A stretch of 63,268 nucleotides of DNA, counting the filler, from Folioceros fuciformis (Eukaryota): NCBI GenBank assembly GCA_049999805.1. It is 9 parts of 9 records of this genome, joined end to end, with 100 filler letters (N's around TTAATTAATTAA, not from the genome) between each part and the next. Parts side by side here need not be neighbours in the genome. Positions count along the whole stretch, not along the records: positions 1 to 22,830 come from JBNGIO010003983.1; positions 22,931 to 29,849 come from JBNGIO010003985.1; 7 more parts are not named here. The stretch is one strand, 5' to 3'. Below the pieces are notes generated by a model. That model had not been told where the DNA came from. It ran no database searches and worked only from the letters and a program-made list of their open reading frames with translations. The translations under genes were made by a program, and so were the position numbers. Positions 11,601 to 24,933 of this stretch are shown one piece after another (the first letter of the stretch is position 1; each line of letters starts with the position of its first letter).

Positions 11601-14600
11601 CCATAGAGGCCATCAATAGAATCATTGAAGAATCTCATAGAAGGATTCAAGTGACTGGAACAGGTTCGGTTCTTTTAAATAATAACAAAAATGCTGGCTA
11701 TGCTTCGTTTCACTCCGTTAACTCACGACTTGTGATGTTTGTCCAAAGATATAAAAGGCCAACAGTTTTCTGAGAATCCTGAGCCAGGTGGAATAGAATT
11801 TTTGTTTTCATACCAGGTGAATTGTTTGGAGCACTGAAAGCGCGATTGAGTGATTCAAACAAGAATCTGATCATCATGTCTCTTTCAACTATTGGGAGCC
11901 TAGCATCGGCCATGGGCCCTGCGATTGAAAAGAGCAGCAAGGTTCGCTCACTCACAACGTCAGGTCTACTTTGTACTAGTGGTTAATGTCTTTACTTACT
12001 TTTTTTGGTGTCCCTTCTCTGTAGGGTATTCTCTCCGATGTTCTAAAATGTCTTTCTGACAACAAAAAATTGGTGCGAGAAGCTGTTGTGAAGACCCTTG
12101 ACATGTGGATCATGGTAGTAACACTGGATAAGATGGTACGCAGATTGTCTTGCTTCTCCTGTTGAGAGATTATCTTCTGTGGAGCCGTTGCACCTGAAAT
12201 TCTCTTTGTGTGGCAGCTTCCATGTCTCATGTCCACTATCACGGATTCCAAAGTATGCGCGGACGGAAGGAGGGATCTGTATGACTGGCTGACGAGGCAA
12301 ATCTCAAAATCAGTAGGTCAGGCTGATGTGATTCAGTTGATAAAACCAATCTCTCAAGGGTTGCAGGTATTTATCTGTCTGTCTGTTGGGTACTTCCTGC
12401 AACTCCCTTATATCTTGTTGCTCACCCTGATTGCCTTTTTTCTCATTAGGACAAGTCTGCAGATGTACGTAGGGCAGCTGAAGCATGCCTCATTCAGATG
12501 CTTACCACTAGCGGGGCTGACATGGTATGCCTTGTGAGTGTATGCTTCTCTTTGGTAGGTGTTAGAAGTGGACCGTTTTCTGAATCGTTTTTTTTAATCT
12601 GATTTTGAGTCTGCAGGTTGCAAAGATCGTTAGGGAGCTGCAAGGGACAGTTCTAGCAGCAGTGCAGCCAATCTTAGAACGATATAAATCTCCAGGTATT
12701 GCTGTTCTTGTTCCCATCTTGCATCATGAGAAGTCCTCTGTACTGAACAGGGCCTCAACATTCCAGCTGCTACGGAGGAAGGATCCCAGAGTTTGAAGGG
12801 AGGGAAGGGCCCTGTCAACAAGTCTGGAAAGCAGGTTTCAATTACCACCGGAGATCGGCCTCCTAGCAGAGGAGGTCCTGCAGGACAATTACGAGCGTCA
12901 TCGGTGAGTACATTTTACGGAAGTATGCAAATCTGTTTGATGACCTGGTTGCGTAGGCTTACTAATTTCTCTACTTCTCAGAAAACACCAGCTCTAAAGG
13001 TAACCAGGCAAGTATTAGCAGGATCAGCTCAAGATGCTGCTGTTCTAGGACACTCATTGTTCCATGTAAAGGACTCCAATAAGGTGAGCTGGTTGTTCTG
13101 TCACAGTTTGTGCGTTGAGATGCTCCCACGTCATTTGCTATTTAGTAGGTATGGCGTGTTGAAAATACCTTCAGCTCTAATCTCTCTCGAGTTTACTTGC
13201 CTTAAACTTTACTGGTAGGAGGACCGAGAAAGGTTAATCCCACGGAAGACAAAATTTGAGGAGCTTAGACCTGATCAAATACAGGACCTTGAGGTAAATA
13301 CAGTCTAGAGGTCACAACGTGATTAAGAATTATGATGATCACAGAGAGCAGATGTTTTACTCTTTAAAGACTTATTTGCAAAGGTTCTATTTCTCATGCG
13401 GAATTTGACGGCCAGTTGCATTTGCGGTGCAGAATGACATGATTAAGCATTTCCGAGAAGACTTGCATCAAAAGCTCCTGAGTCCAGATTTCAAGAAGCA
13501 GGTGGATGGTCTTGAGCTGCTTCAGAAGGTGTGGCCTCCTGGAAATGTCCATGATTTCTGTGCTAGGGGATTGTTCAGCCGTAATTCATATGGCTGCTAA
13601 AGAGTCCCACGGCATATGAATTGGATCATGCTTGCTTTCTCTATCTTCCACTGCATGATCACGGTAATGACATGACCTTTTGGATTACATAGGCAATCGC
13701 TTCACAAATCAAGGAGATCACGGAAGTTATTGATATCCTTCTACGGTGGACAGTTCTTCGGTTTTGCGAGTCAAATACTACCTGCCTTCTGAAGGTGTGT
13801 GCTGCTGTTGCGTTGAAGGCAGTCTGGGTAGGTAGATTTTGCACAATTCCATATTGTTATGCAGGTACGCTGGTGTGCAACAGGTTTTGGAGCTGCTTCC
13901 AGAGTTAGTGGAAGGGTTGAAAAATGACGGATACACCCTGACCGAGTATGAGTCAAGTGTGCTCCTTCCTTGCTTAGTTGAGAAGGTATACACTGCATTC
14001 TTGAAACTGGAGAGTAGCTGCCATGTATGAGGCCTCTCAGACATGTTTGGTCTCCAGGCAGTGATTTCTTGGTTGCTTCTCAGGCTGGCCACAACATTGA
14101 AAAGGTTCGGGAGAGGATGAGAGAGCTTATGAAGGCGCTTTGCTGTATCTATCCTGCTTCAAAAGTCTTTATGTTTGTGACTGAAGGGCTGCGCTCTAAA
14201 AATAATAGAACCAGAATAGAATGTGTTGATCACATTGGTGACATGATTGAGCGCTATGGAATTGAGGTAAGCAACGGTTGTCATTTTAGAACCCCCATGT
14301 TTGGGAGCAATGTGCTCGGTAACCTTTTTGTCGTTTTGGTCGCAGATTTGTGGTACCACAAAGGTTTTGCAAACAATAGCAGCTCTGACAACTGAGAGAG
14401 ACAGTGAGATACGGAAAGCCGCGCTGCAAACCTTAGCTGTGACATACAAAATTTTGGGTAAGCTGGTCAAGTCCAGGGCCCTGGCCCGGGGTCCTGTTAC
14501 TCAACTTGCCGTGTGCGTAACCTATAGGTTAAGATCTGACAATGTCTTTAGAAACTAAATACTGCATGTCAGCAAGTTGTCTGATAGTGCCATGTTAAAG

Positions 14601-17600
14601 TAGTGTGATATCTGAACTGTTTATAACATTAAAGCGCATGCTCAGTTTGGGTCTTTATGTTCTGTGAAGGGGAGGACATCTGGAAGTACGTGGGGAAAGT
14701 GTCAGATGCGCAGAAGAGTATTCTTGATGACAAGTTCAAGTGGAAGGTACTAGTGATGGGTTTATCCTTGTGACTTTGTTTGACGATCCTATTCAGTGCA
14801 CCTGATATTTTTTCTGAAAGATTCAACTGCTGTGTTTGCAGGCCAGAGAGATGATCAAGCGCAAAGAGGGAAGGCCTGGAGAAGTGCGAGCTGCTATGAG
14901 ACGATCAGTTCGTGAGAATGGGTACGCTTTAGGACTATCTGTGATGATTCTTAACTCAAGGAATTTCCACCAATCTCGTGAAGGGTAAGGTGGAGGAAGG
15001 GTTGGTTGTGACAAGGTACATTGTTGCACGTTCTGTTAAGAAGGTGGCCTACAGCATCTAAGAGGTTTCTAAGATGACGTGTCATTCTGACCTTGCATAT
15101 GTTGTGTAAGCCTTTCGTGTGTGACTCTCATGACTTTCTAAAGTTTCAAGCTCATATTTCTCGCATGGCAGACTAGAGACAGCTGAGCCGAGTGGGGAAG
15201 GGTGTAGACCCTTGACTGCGCCACCATTGCTTCCAAGGTGGTTATGCGTTCATCTTTTGTCTCGTTGAAACCCCTCACAGACGGAGTTAGCGCTTGAGTC
15301 TGTCTCTGATGTTTGCAGTGCACGAGTTGGTTCTGGGCTTGTCAACACTTCAGCGGATATTGCACTCATTCAACATTCCAGTGTGCAGCTTAGTGCACCT
15401 CCAGGTGGACCAGGAGATTGGAATGAAGCTCTAGACATTATTGAGTTTGGGACAACAGCAGAGCAGGTCTAGGATTCTCTGAACTTTTAATCATTTCCAA
15501 ACAACTTACTCATTTTCGTTCAACCCCGCACTGCAGTTGGGTCCAACATTTGCCTTTTGTGCAGTTTGTGGAGGGCATGAAGCTGGTCTGCCATGAACTT
15601 GGACAGGCTGTAGGTGATTCAGAAAGCAAAACGCTTGAAAATCTTGGAAAGGATGCAGATCGTCTTGTGGCAAATTTAACACTTAAAGTGAGTATATACA
15701 CATCGTTAGGGAACCGAACCGAGGCTGAACTATTCTGACTTCTGTTCCTCAAAATTGTTGCAAGGTCACGGTTACCTTCAAGTTGGGGCTGGCTGGCGAG
15801 TCATCAAGGTCGTGCAAATATGTCCTTAATACATTAATGCAGGTATCTCGTTCTTGGCCCCGGTCCGATTAGTTACAGCAAGTGTCCATGGGCAAATGTT
15901 ACCAGTTTATCCCTGATGTTTCAGACCTTTCAAGTTAAGAAACTTGCCCATGAAGTCAAAGAGCCAACGCTGCACAATCTCATTAAGGAGCTATTGCTCT
16001 GGCTTCTGGACGAGAGGGTTCCGCTCATGGACGATGGCAGTCAACTTCTGAAGGCACTGAATGTTCTCATGTTAAAAATACTGGTATACATACGCCATTT
16101 GTCCTGGTCCAGTAAAGGCAGATGGTATTTCATGTTGAGGGCATTGAAATGGCACGCGGTATGAATAGTTTGTGCATAACCAGATTCTTGTGTATGGCAG
16201 GAGAATGCGAACCGAACATCAGCTTTCATGGTGTTAATATATCTTCTTCGGCCTTTTGACCCAACGAGAGCTCTCTGTTCTTCAACTGAGGAAACAATGC
16301 TTTTGAGAGGTCAAAAGTTTTCAGATTTGGTTGTAAAGTGCCTCATAAAGCTCACTAAGGTATGGTTTGCAGGATGTGATCTTTGACTTTTTGGATTCAA
16401 TGGAGGTTGCTTCATGTTATATTCTTCTACTTATCTTTCAGGTGCTTGGATCAACTATATATGAAGTGGACCTTGATAGACTACTACAGAGCATTCACGA
16501 GTACCTTCAGGAGCTAGGGTTAGAAGAGATTCGGAGGAGGTATATCACCATGAAACATGCAGTTGGAAAAACGAGCAACTTTCAGATTGCACCGTGATGA
16601 ATTCGTCCATTCAGTCTCTTGTCTGTGGTATTTCAGAGCGGGAGCAGATGACAAACCTCTGAGGATGGTGAAGACCGTTTTACATGAGCTTGTTAAGCTT
16701 CGTGGGACAGCGATAAAAGGACATCTTTCCATGGTCCCAATCGACCTTGAACCACAACCTATCATTCTTGCTTACATTGATCTTAATCTCCAGGTATAGT
16801 GCAACTCTCATTTTTCAGCTGCCAAACTGGTTTATTTCAAATCAGATCTGCAGATAGTTGTGCAGGTGTATGGAAAGTCTATGAGCACTCTGGTTCGTAT
16901 TCTCTGTCCTGTGCAAGCAGACTCTAGCAGCAGCTAGGATGCTTACTCCATCTGCGGGAACAGGTCAAGCACATTGGACTGATCCAACGTCTAACGGTCC
17001 ACCAACTCCTGCTAACCAATCAGCTGAAGCGCAACTGAAAGTAAGCTATCGCGCAACTGATCCATTTAGCCTCCTCTATAACTCTCAAGCGTTGTGTTTA
17101 CAACGTTGGTTTAATCTAAAGTACTTCAAGGGGCTCCATTCAAATTTGTGGATTCTGGTGCATGACTATGCTTGAACTTCTGATTTCTGAGTTTGTGACG
17201 AACATGGGCACAAATAAAGGGAACGTTATCTATAGGTGCATTGTGAGCACAAGTTGTTGGTCTTGATGGACTCCTTCGCAGTGTGTTGATGCATTCATGA
17301 AGGTGGTGGTGGTGCTTGTAGGATAGGATGTGTCTGACGAGTTGGTAGACCCATGAACTACATTTGCAAACATTTGCTGAGTTGGGTTGTTGAATCTGAG
17401 CTGGAGTTCCTGCAGCAAGAACTTGCAGCTGTTTTCAAGAAAATTGGAGATAAGCAGACTTCGGCAATAGGGTTGTATGAGCTGTATCGAATCACACAGC
17501 TTTATCCTCAGGTCGGATATTACCGAGCTATTTTGCTTCCAGTTTACAGGGTTATTTGAGCTTGACTGTGTCTTTAGTAGTGCGTGGGTGGTTTGATTAT

Positions 17601-18441
17601 TTGTCTTAGCACTTTGTACAGGTGGACATCTTCGCTCAGTTGCAAAATGCAAGTGAAGCTTTTCGCGCATATATAAGGGATGGCCTGGAACAGGTGTGGT
17701 ACATTCTGAGAGGCGCGGAGAATGTGCATGAATCCTGTTGGTTTTGAGTATCTCCATGCTCTTTATGTCCAATAATTCAGGTCCTTGTTGTGGACAGATG
17801 GGGAAAAATGCAACTGGCCGAACTCCAGTTAGTATAGCATTCGTGTCTCCACCCCCTGTGTCACCCCCGACCCATGGGTTTCCAAAGACAGCGCCTGCGT
17901 CTCCAAGCAATTCTAGGTTGCACCCGTTTGGACTGGAGTTCATAAGTAACAATAATGTCGTGGGCAACTGTCGAGACGAGTCGGAGGTCAAGAAGGGTAC
18001 AAATGTAAGGGGCTTCAGTGGGCGTCACGAGGATGATGCCTCTGAGGCAGATGGTACGTTATTATTGCATGGCTGCTGCTAGACAGAAAGATTTGATCAC
18101 AATAGGGCGTGCCATGGCTTATCTTTGGTGATGCAGGCACTGCAGAAAGGCACGGGGGTGGTCCAGCCCACGGACATGCTGGGACACTGGATGCGATCAG
18201 AGAGAGAATGAAAAACATCCAAGCTGCTGCCGCGGGGACCACAACCAGGGGTTTCGTGAGCATGAATGGTACGTCAGATGCTCGCAGTTTTCTTCAGCAA
18301 CCAATGGAAGGTCCTGGAGTGGAAGGAGGTCGGACTGGGAGTGCGCCAGCCATGGATGAGACAGCTCTATCTGGGCTGCAGGAGCGAATGGCCAGGCTGA
18401 AAAGCTCTTCTACTGAATCCCTGAATCCTGGGTGGATTTGA
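5645..18441 (+). CDS. MOR1: MOR1/GEM1 (XMAP215/TOG microtubule polymerase), about 54 exons, one exon partly in an N gap
   Basis: Exon peptides include MSEDEKILKEAKKLSWEERLGHKNWKVRNDANIDLA, KKAVSDSNAPAQEKALDA, KTVEKAQ, LLWLLDERVPLMDDGSQLLKALNVLMLKIL, GADDKPLRMVKTVLHELVKLRG and a C-terminal GTLDAIRERMK...LSGLQERMARLKS. Splice sites were traced by eye from ATG 5645 to TGA 18441. Confidence 0.96.
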
Positions 18442-18723
18442 GGTTGATCCGGGGGGATGATGAATAGCAGCAGGTTCTGGTTCCTCGTTCTAACGGTGCG
18501 TGCTATAGTTTTATCCTGAACCGTCGTGAATACCCTGTTTGTCCTTCAGAAAATTTGCTATTATAGTAAAGTTCATGGTTGAGTTGGTTCTGGGCTCTTA
18601 TGAACACTCGTGGTCTCGAAGTGCATGTTCCATCCGACCGTGATTGTGAAATTTATCGAGACTTCATAATAATGATGCTTTAGTGATCACATGTGCAAGC
18701 TTGGGCTTAAATATCGGTTGGGT

Positions 18724-18826
18724 GAACCAGGCTTAGACCGCTGTGACCAGGCTGGGCTTTGAAACCGGTAAGCTGAACCAGGCTTAGTTCTCTGTGGCCA
18801 GGCTAGGCTTTGACACCGGTAGGCTG
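18724..18826. repeat. Two diverged tandem copies of a ~51-bp unit
   Basis: GAACCAGGCTTAG...CCAGGCTRGGCTTTGAMACCGGTARGCT occurs twice in tandem. Confidence 0.7.
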
Positions 18827-18995
18827 GTGGCTGCCTCGCGCTTATGTAATCGTTCGGTTTCACGTAACAGTAATTTGGCGTTCAAGATTTTGCTTACCCA
18901 ATGTCACCTGATTCCAATTGTGTTAATAAGTATTGTTCTCAGCTCATCCGTCCCCTCGAGGCTTCCTCGGCGCCATAATGTGCTTTCATGCTTTT

Positions 18996-20542
18996 AGTGA
19001 GGCCCCGAGCCTAGCCTATAGGGCCCCATGGTTCTTTTCCTTTCTTTTTTAAGGATCTTCCTACATGATTTTGCATTAAGTCTCACATAGACCCTGGAAA
19101 AGCTATCATGACTCCCATCCTCAACCTCCACAGCACAACATAGTACACACCACCCTCTTCTTGGACGTTCCCACCCTTGCAACTTTTCTTCCTACAATTC
19201 TTCCTACAAGGAAGAAATATTGTATTTTATATGGTCCGTATTATCCTCTTTGTATTTTATATGGTTTTGATATATATTTGATATGTATTGATATGTATTG
19301 CATTTTTTTTTCTTTTTATTTTCTTAATTTCGTCTTTTCTATTTTCACCCGTATTTTTCTTCATTTAATTCTTGAAATACTAACTCAACTCTGTTTCACC
19401 TACTTTCTTTTTCTCCTAGTTCGGGGCCTATTCTAGCACCCAGGGGTCAATCTTCCATGGCTGAGGAACCACTTCGACTAGAAGCTAATTCTACTGAACA
19501 ACCTGCCGTTTTCAGGCCAGGTTCCAGCTGCTGACCCCACTCCTTTTCCACCTCTTCTCTATCTTTCCCACTGCTCATATTCCTCTCTTGGAAGCAGGCT
19601 CGGCCACTAAGGGGGAACAGTTGCATAGGAAGACTTAGCGAGCGACCACCCAGCAAGGAAGAGGCGACGTCCGCAGATCTTTGAAGATCAGGCATCCTTC
19701 AAAGCCTCAGGGTAGTTTAAGAGGTAGTAAATACTTGTGGTGGTAGGGTTAGCAGGTCATAGGGCCAGCTCATTGGCGATAGGATGTGCTAGGAAAGTCT
19801 AAATAAGTGACTGGTGACAACCGGCTAGGCTAGTGGTCCTATTAAAATAATATTTCTCATGCTAGAGAGAGGTGAAGTCAGAGAGAGAGAGGCTCCTATA
19901 AGATCATGTGAGCTTGTAGGAGGTAGGTTGTCACTTTGTGAGTTCTCTCAGGCTGTCCCTTCTTGGATATAGTAGTGTGTGCCGGCTGTGCATGTGTGCA
20001 TGTGTGCAGCATTTGATAAAGCTTTGAGAAGTGGTGGCCAGGGTTAAGGGCGGGGTCTCTTTTAATTCTTGATCGTGCTCTCCGTGTCGTGTTCCCATGA
20101 TCTGTCATTCTCGTTTCCTCGCAGGGCTAGAGTGAGTGCCGACTATGCTTGCATGGTGTCTGGTAGGATCGTTGGTGGCGACATGCTTTTCTTTGGGGTT
20201 AGTCTAGTGACTCTTACTGGGTAGGGGGAGGCAATATGGACGTGTAGGAGGTAGTGGTGACGTTGCTGATTGCTGGTTGCTGGTGCTACAGTAAGTGAAG
20301 TGAGTGAGGAAAGTTGCAAATATGAGAGGTTAGTGTCGTTGTAGTGATTGGAGTGAGTTTGTGGGCACCGAGAGAGGTGTAGTTTACCGCTGGACAGCGA
20401 GGACTGTCCCACGCTTGATCGGAGCTAGAGGTGAGCCCTCAAATCCGTCATCGAGTCGATTGAGTCCGAGCCTCCATCCATAGTAGCTAGAAGCCCCATC
20501 GCTCCTTCGTTGGCAAACAGTGCCCGGGGTTTTCCCACCTCA
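18996..20542 (+). mobile_element. ~1.55-kb LTR-like dispersed repeat, copy 1 (probable solo LTR)
   Basis: Homologous to 42222-43082, 61372-61684, 21860-22544 and the reverse complement of 45549-47125. Starts aGTGAGGCCCCG, contains TATA-like CCTATTAAAATA followed by a GA-rich tract, and ends near CCCGGGGTTTT. Confidence 0.7.
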
Positions 20543-21860
20543 ATGGCCTCCATGGTAGCTTATGGCCGGGCATTTTTCCCCTTGGGCCTCATTGAGCTAC
20601 CTCTCCAAGTCCGCAGTCCACTCTAAAACCTAGGCCCTTAGTTCTTCTCGCTCCCGTTGGCACCTGTCACGATCCTCCCGGTACTTACCGAACTCCTCCT
20701 GAAACTCAATGGTATGTCCGGTTGCCCGTTCCTTTAGGGCGGACAATTGAGTTGCTATCTCAGTCATCCTCCTCCATAAGGCGATGTTCTCGCCTTCTCG
20801 TGCTGCGACTTGCCTGAAAGACCACGCTAGCCCCTCCGCCATGCTTGTGACAATACCCTAGGCTACTTGCATCGCCGCCTCCGTAGTAGCTCTAGTGTAA
20901 AACCGGCAGTTGGGAGGTAGCTTGGTTCTCCCAAAGGACACCTAGATGGCCTTTCTCATGGCCTCTGGATCTGTAACACCTCCTTCGATGAAGTCCTTTA
21001 GGACTATGGACTGCGGCAAGGCTTCCCGCCGGTAAGGCTCCTCCTAGGCAGGGTGGGGTGTTGGAGTGGGTATTACTCTAGTAGGTGATGGACTAGGAGA
21101 GCGGGGACCCCGCCCCTTCTTCCTCCCATGAAGTGAGGGAGGCCATTTAACTCCAAACAGCCTAATCCTGTGTCGTTCATTGTAGTCCAGCTGTGCAGCC
21201 AGCTAAACCAATTCCATTTGGTCCGCCTCCTCCCTGGTCCTTGGCGCACCTGTTGTTCCTTGGACCGGAGCCAAGAACTCATCTAGCTCCAGACTAGTGG
21301 GTGGTAGGGTGCTTTGGAGCAGGATCCGCCTGCCCGCTATGGACATTGCCCTAATGTTTCACCGCTTGGGCGGAGGAGCCTGGGCCGATGGTGATCTTGC
21401 TTTCCGCTTTGGAGGTGGGTCGGTTGAGGAGTTGGGCGCTGAGGCCATGGGTGGCGACTCCGATGCTACTCCGAGATTGTCCTCTGAAGTATGTGAAACT
21501 GTTAGGGGAGATGGTGCGGAGTGAAGGTGATTGGTCCGGAGGCAGCCTCAGCCACCATGGGAACCGTTAGGGAAGATGGTGCGGAGTGAAGGTGACTAGT
21601 TCGGAGGCAACCTCAGCCACCATGAGAACCGTTAGGGGAGATGTTGCGGAGTGAAGGTGACTGGTCCGGAGGCAGCCTCAGCCACCATGGAAACAATAAC
21701 ATGAGAAGACTTTGCAGACAGCCACTCGGCAATAAAAAGGCGGCGCCCACCAGATCTGGAAGAGCAATCAACAGCCAAGGATCTTCAAGGGCTATTGATA
21801 GGGTCAGCAAGGGGGCTGGAGGCTCGTCAAGTTAATGGTAGGGTAGACTAGTCTAGAATA
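20543..21860. mobile_element. Degraded TE-internal sequence between two LTR-like copies
   Basis: Broken coiled-coil/low-complexity ORF pieces on the minus strand (e.g. 20630-20842). No recognisable host-gene motif. Confidence 0.35.
21501..21692. repeat. 65-bp tandem repeat, 3 copies
   Basis: Unit GTTAGGGGAGATGGTGCGGAGTGAAGGTGA...CCACCATGGGAACC starts at 21501, 21566 and 21631. Confidence 0.9.
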
Positions 21861-22544
21861 ATAGTGTGATATAAATTATTGCTTTGGTTGTCGTGTCCTC
21901 ATAGTCAACTTGTAGAGAGAGGAAGGGGACTAGAGCTAGGAGTCTTCTTTAAGAGGCTGTGAGCCTCTAGAACCCACTTGTCACTTAACGATCTCTCTCG
22001 AGTTGTCCCTGCTTGGATGAAGCAGTGTGTGCCGTCTGTGCATGTTGTGCAGCATCTGGTAAAGCTTTGAGAAGTAGTGGCCAAGGTTAAGGGCTGGGTC
22101 CCTTTATTCTTAATCTTGCTCTTCGTGTCGTGCCCCCATGATCTGTCATTCTTGTTTCCTTGCAGGACTTGAGTGAGTGCCAACTATGCTTGCATGGTGT
22201 CTGGTAGGATCGTGGGTCATCGGTGGCATGTTCTTCTTTGAGGTTAGTCTGATGACTCTTGCTGAGTAGGGGAGTCAACAAGGAAGTGTAGTTGTAGTGG
22301 TTGTAGTAAGCGCGTCGGCACTGGTACATGTGTAGTTAACCGAGGTGTCCCATGCTTGATCGAAGCTAGAGGGGAGCCCTCGAATCCGTCATCGAGTTGA
22401 TTGAATCCGACTCTCCATCCATAGTAGTTAGGAGCCCTACTCCTTCGTGGGAACGAAACCCAATGTCTCAATGACAATAGGATAAGTGTGGACACTAAAG
22501 GTTGAACTCTTTAGCAACCAATTGCCCGGAGTTTTGCAACCACA
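21860..22544 (+). mobile_element. LTR-like dispersed repeat, diverged partial copy 2
   Basis: Matches 19900-20540. Ends GTTTTGCAACCACA, compared with GTTTTGCCTCCACA in the other copies. Confidence 0.65.
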
Positions 22545-22830
22545 TGGTGACCAAGACCGACCATGTAGCAGACAGAGTTCTGCTATTACTCTACGGACTA
22601 GCATAGGGAACCCCAGTGGATTGGGGGAAGGTAGTTGCACATCGGATACAGTTCAATGTTAGAAAGCTCAGGCAGGAAAAGCCACCCGCCTCAGGCCTCT
22701 TCCTCACCCTGTTTAACATTTGGGACCACTATAAGGTCCTTACAGATTTAGAGAAAGCATCACTTTCTCGGTTGCCTCTCACTTTGGTCCCCTCCCTCGC
22801 TGCCATGACACTGGCCCCCAGGAAGAAGAC

Positions 22831-22930
22831 NNNNNNNNNNNNNNNNNNNNNNNNNNNNNNNNNNNNNNNNNNNNTTAATTAATTAANNNNNNNNNNNNNN
22901 NNNNNNNNNNNNNNNNNNNNNNNNNNNNNN
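22831..22930. other. Artificial scaffold-joining linker N44-TTAATTAATTAA-N44 (12-mers also at 29894, 33914, 42166, 47170, 51719, 56982, 61316)
   Basis: An identical six-frame-stop 12-mer centred in a 100-nt N block occurs eight times. Confidence 0.97.
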
Positions 22931-22995
22931 CAACGACTAGTTAGGAGTGGTACCCCAAGGTAAGCACCCGACCAGAGCATCCTTCCAACTATATC

Positions 22996-23220
22996 TATTT
23001 AAGTAGAAAATAAAATAAAAGAGGAGTGATGTAAAAGAAAACTTGATGCATATGTAAAATAATATCATTGAGACCTTAAACGTCAAAAAAATCTTTATTT
23101 AAGTGGAAAATAAAGGGGAGTGATGTCAAAGAAAACTTGATGCATATAGAAACTAATATCATCAACAGCCCTAATCGTCAAAAAAATCTCTATTTAAGTG
23201 AAAAATAAAATAAAGGGGAG
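22996..23220. repeat. AT-rich ~95-100-bp tandem repeat, about 2.3 copies
   Basis: TATTTAAGTNRAAAATAAA...GGAG units start at about 22996, 23096 and 23191. Confidence 0.75.
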
Positions 23221-23555
23221 CCTTGTGCATGTTTCTCTTTCTTTTAATAGTTATTGGAATGGAGCATATTATATACAGAATTTCATCTTTATTTTTTAAT
23301 AAATAATTTATTTTACTTTCTTACCTATGATATATATTATCTTACAATATATGTATGAGATATAGTTATGCATTAAATTTTAGTATTTATGGTCTAAAAA
23401 TAAATCAACATATAATGATTTCATAAAAATAATAGTTAAATTCAAAATGCAGACCATTAATTTGTTTTTCTAAGAATACTTTAAATCATACATCCATCAT
23501 TGCAGGTAAATACTCTTGTGGGTGTAAGTGAGCTATGCCTAAGAATTATATTGTT

Positions 23556-23939
23556 CTAATGACTTCTATGAGGCATATACAACTTATGATCACATTGACA
23601 TCTCCAAAATAATGGCAAGTAAGGATATATGTCAACGTCACATAAAGCAACTTGAACTAGTGCACACTTGTCTTTACAATCAAAACAGGCACCGCTGCAA
23701 CTAGGTGGTGTAGAATCAAGGTGAACTCTCATCAGATCTTCATCTGCCAACAAGTTGCCTACACCTGTTGGTGCATAAGTTAATGGAACAACAATATGCC
23801 TACCATCATTTGAAACAAAACTGTCTTCATGAGCACATAATATCGGAGGGTATAATTCTGGCAATACTTCATAATCTTTCAGTCTTCCGAGTATAAGCAT
23901 AAATAATAGTACCCATATGCCAAACCTCATTTTATCCAT
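23556..23939 (-). CDS. EPF/EPFL-family secreted cysteine-rich peptide precursor (EPFL4/5/6-like C-terminus)
   Basis: Signal-like MRFGIWVLLFMLILG. The mature region STPPSCSGACFDCKDKC...YLPLFWRCQCDHKLYMP matches the EPFL pattern GSxPPxCxxxCxxCxxC...YxPxxWxCxCxxKLYMP. Confidence 0.8.
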   Translation of the reverse strand: MDKMRFGIWVLLFMLILGRLKDYEVLPELYPPILCAHEDSFVSNDGRHIVVPLTYAPTGVGNLLADEDLMRVHLDSTPPSCSGACFDCKDKCALVQVALCDVDIYPYLPLFWRCQCDHKLYMPHRSH

Positions 23940-24864
23940 ATGCAACTTTGTAGATCCAAAAAGGTATGCAAGTCTGCAGGTCTGGACCTACGAGGTTACA
24001 AATCAATGCATTAGTAGTTCATACATGTAAATGTATTGAGACATTTGTGTGGATCACTCTTTGAAATCAACTTGTTCTACATGAAAGACAACAAAACTCA
24101 ATGCATGCAAATGATTTCCAATGTTTGTGTTGATCAGCCTTTGAAATCAACATGTTCCAAAAGTAGAATACGAATATGATATGCCATCATAAAAAGCGAA
24201 ACAACAATTCCAAAAGGTAGTCCATAGTTCATGTGCGAAAAAGTCATTGTATTTATTGTTGTGAGGAAAGAATTATATGTCATAAATAAATCCAGTAACT
24301 AAAAAGAGAAGGAAATAAATGAATACCATATGAACAAAGGATGCTCGAGTCAAATATACCTTAAAGTTGACCTGAAGCCGTTCGAATATCGACCATGAAT
24401 ATTTCGCAGCCCAGACCCTCGAGTATATTCTTGGAAACCACTATATACGATCTCTTCGGTACTCATTGAATTTAAACCTTATGGGTTTAAACCGGATCAG
24501 TTTGGTTTTCTTAAGCATCACAACTATAATCAATGTAATATACCTTTTCTTAAGCCTTGGCTTTGGAGATGAGCGCAGCTGCTTTGCGCAGCTTAGGAGA
24601 CTTGAACGGTTATGGCAATAGTTTCTTTTTTTATGTATAACTAACACTACTGTCAGTTGTGCTCGGCAAGTGCCAGGCCTGTTCTCTCGTGTAGCACATG
24701 CACAAGCTTGTGCATGACAGTACTTTCTCATGTTCGGGTGTGCAAGTGGATGGCTGAGCAGAGCGAGATCCTGCTGGCACGAGGTTGATGCTCCACAGTG
24801 CGTGATGCATCAGCACGTACAACTTCGTGTTTGGCGCGTTCACAGTGCGAGGTCTCAAAATTTG

Positions 24865-24933
24865 TTGTAGACTGTGGAGGCGGTTGTTGCAGACTGTGGA
24901 GGCGGTTGTTGCAGACTGTGGAGGCGGTTGTTG
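24865..24933. repeat. 22-bp tandem repeat, 3 copies
   Basis: GCAGACTGTGGAGGCGGTTGTT repeated three times. Confidence 0.85.

Noticed and set aside
17230..17991. 253-aa minus-strand ORF within MOR1
   Set aside because: It runs antisense across MOR1 exons and introns and has no protein-like motifs.
1737..23939. LRR-RLK plus EPFL as a linked receptor-ligand pair
   Set aside because: They are on different scaffolds, and the RLK is not ERECTA-like.
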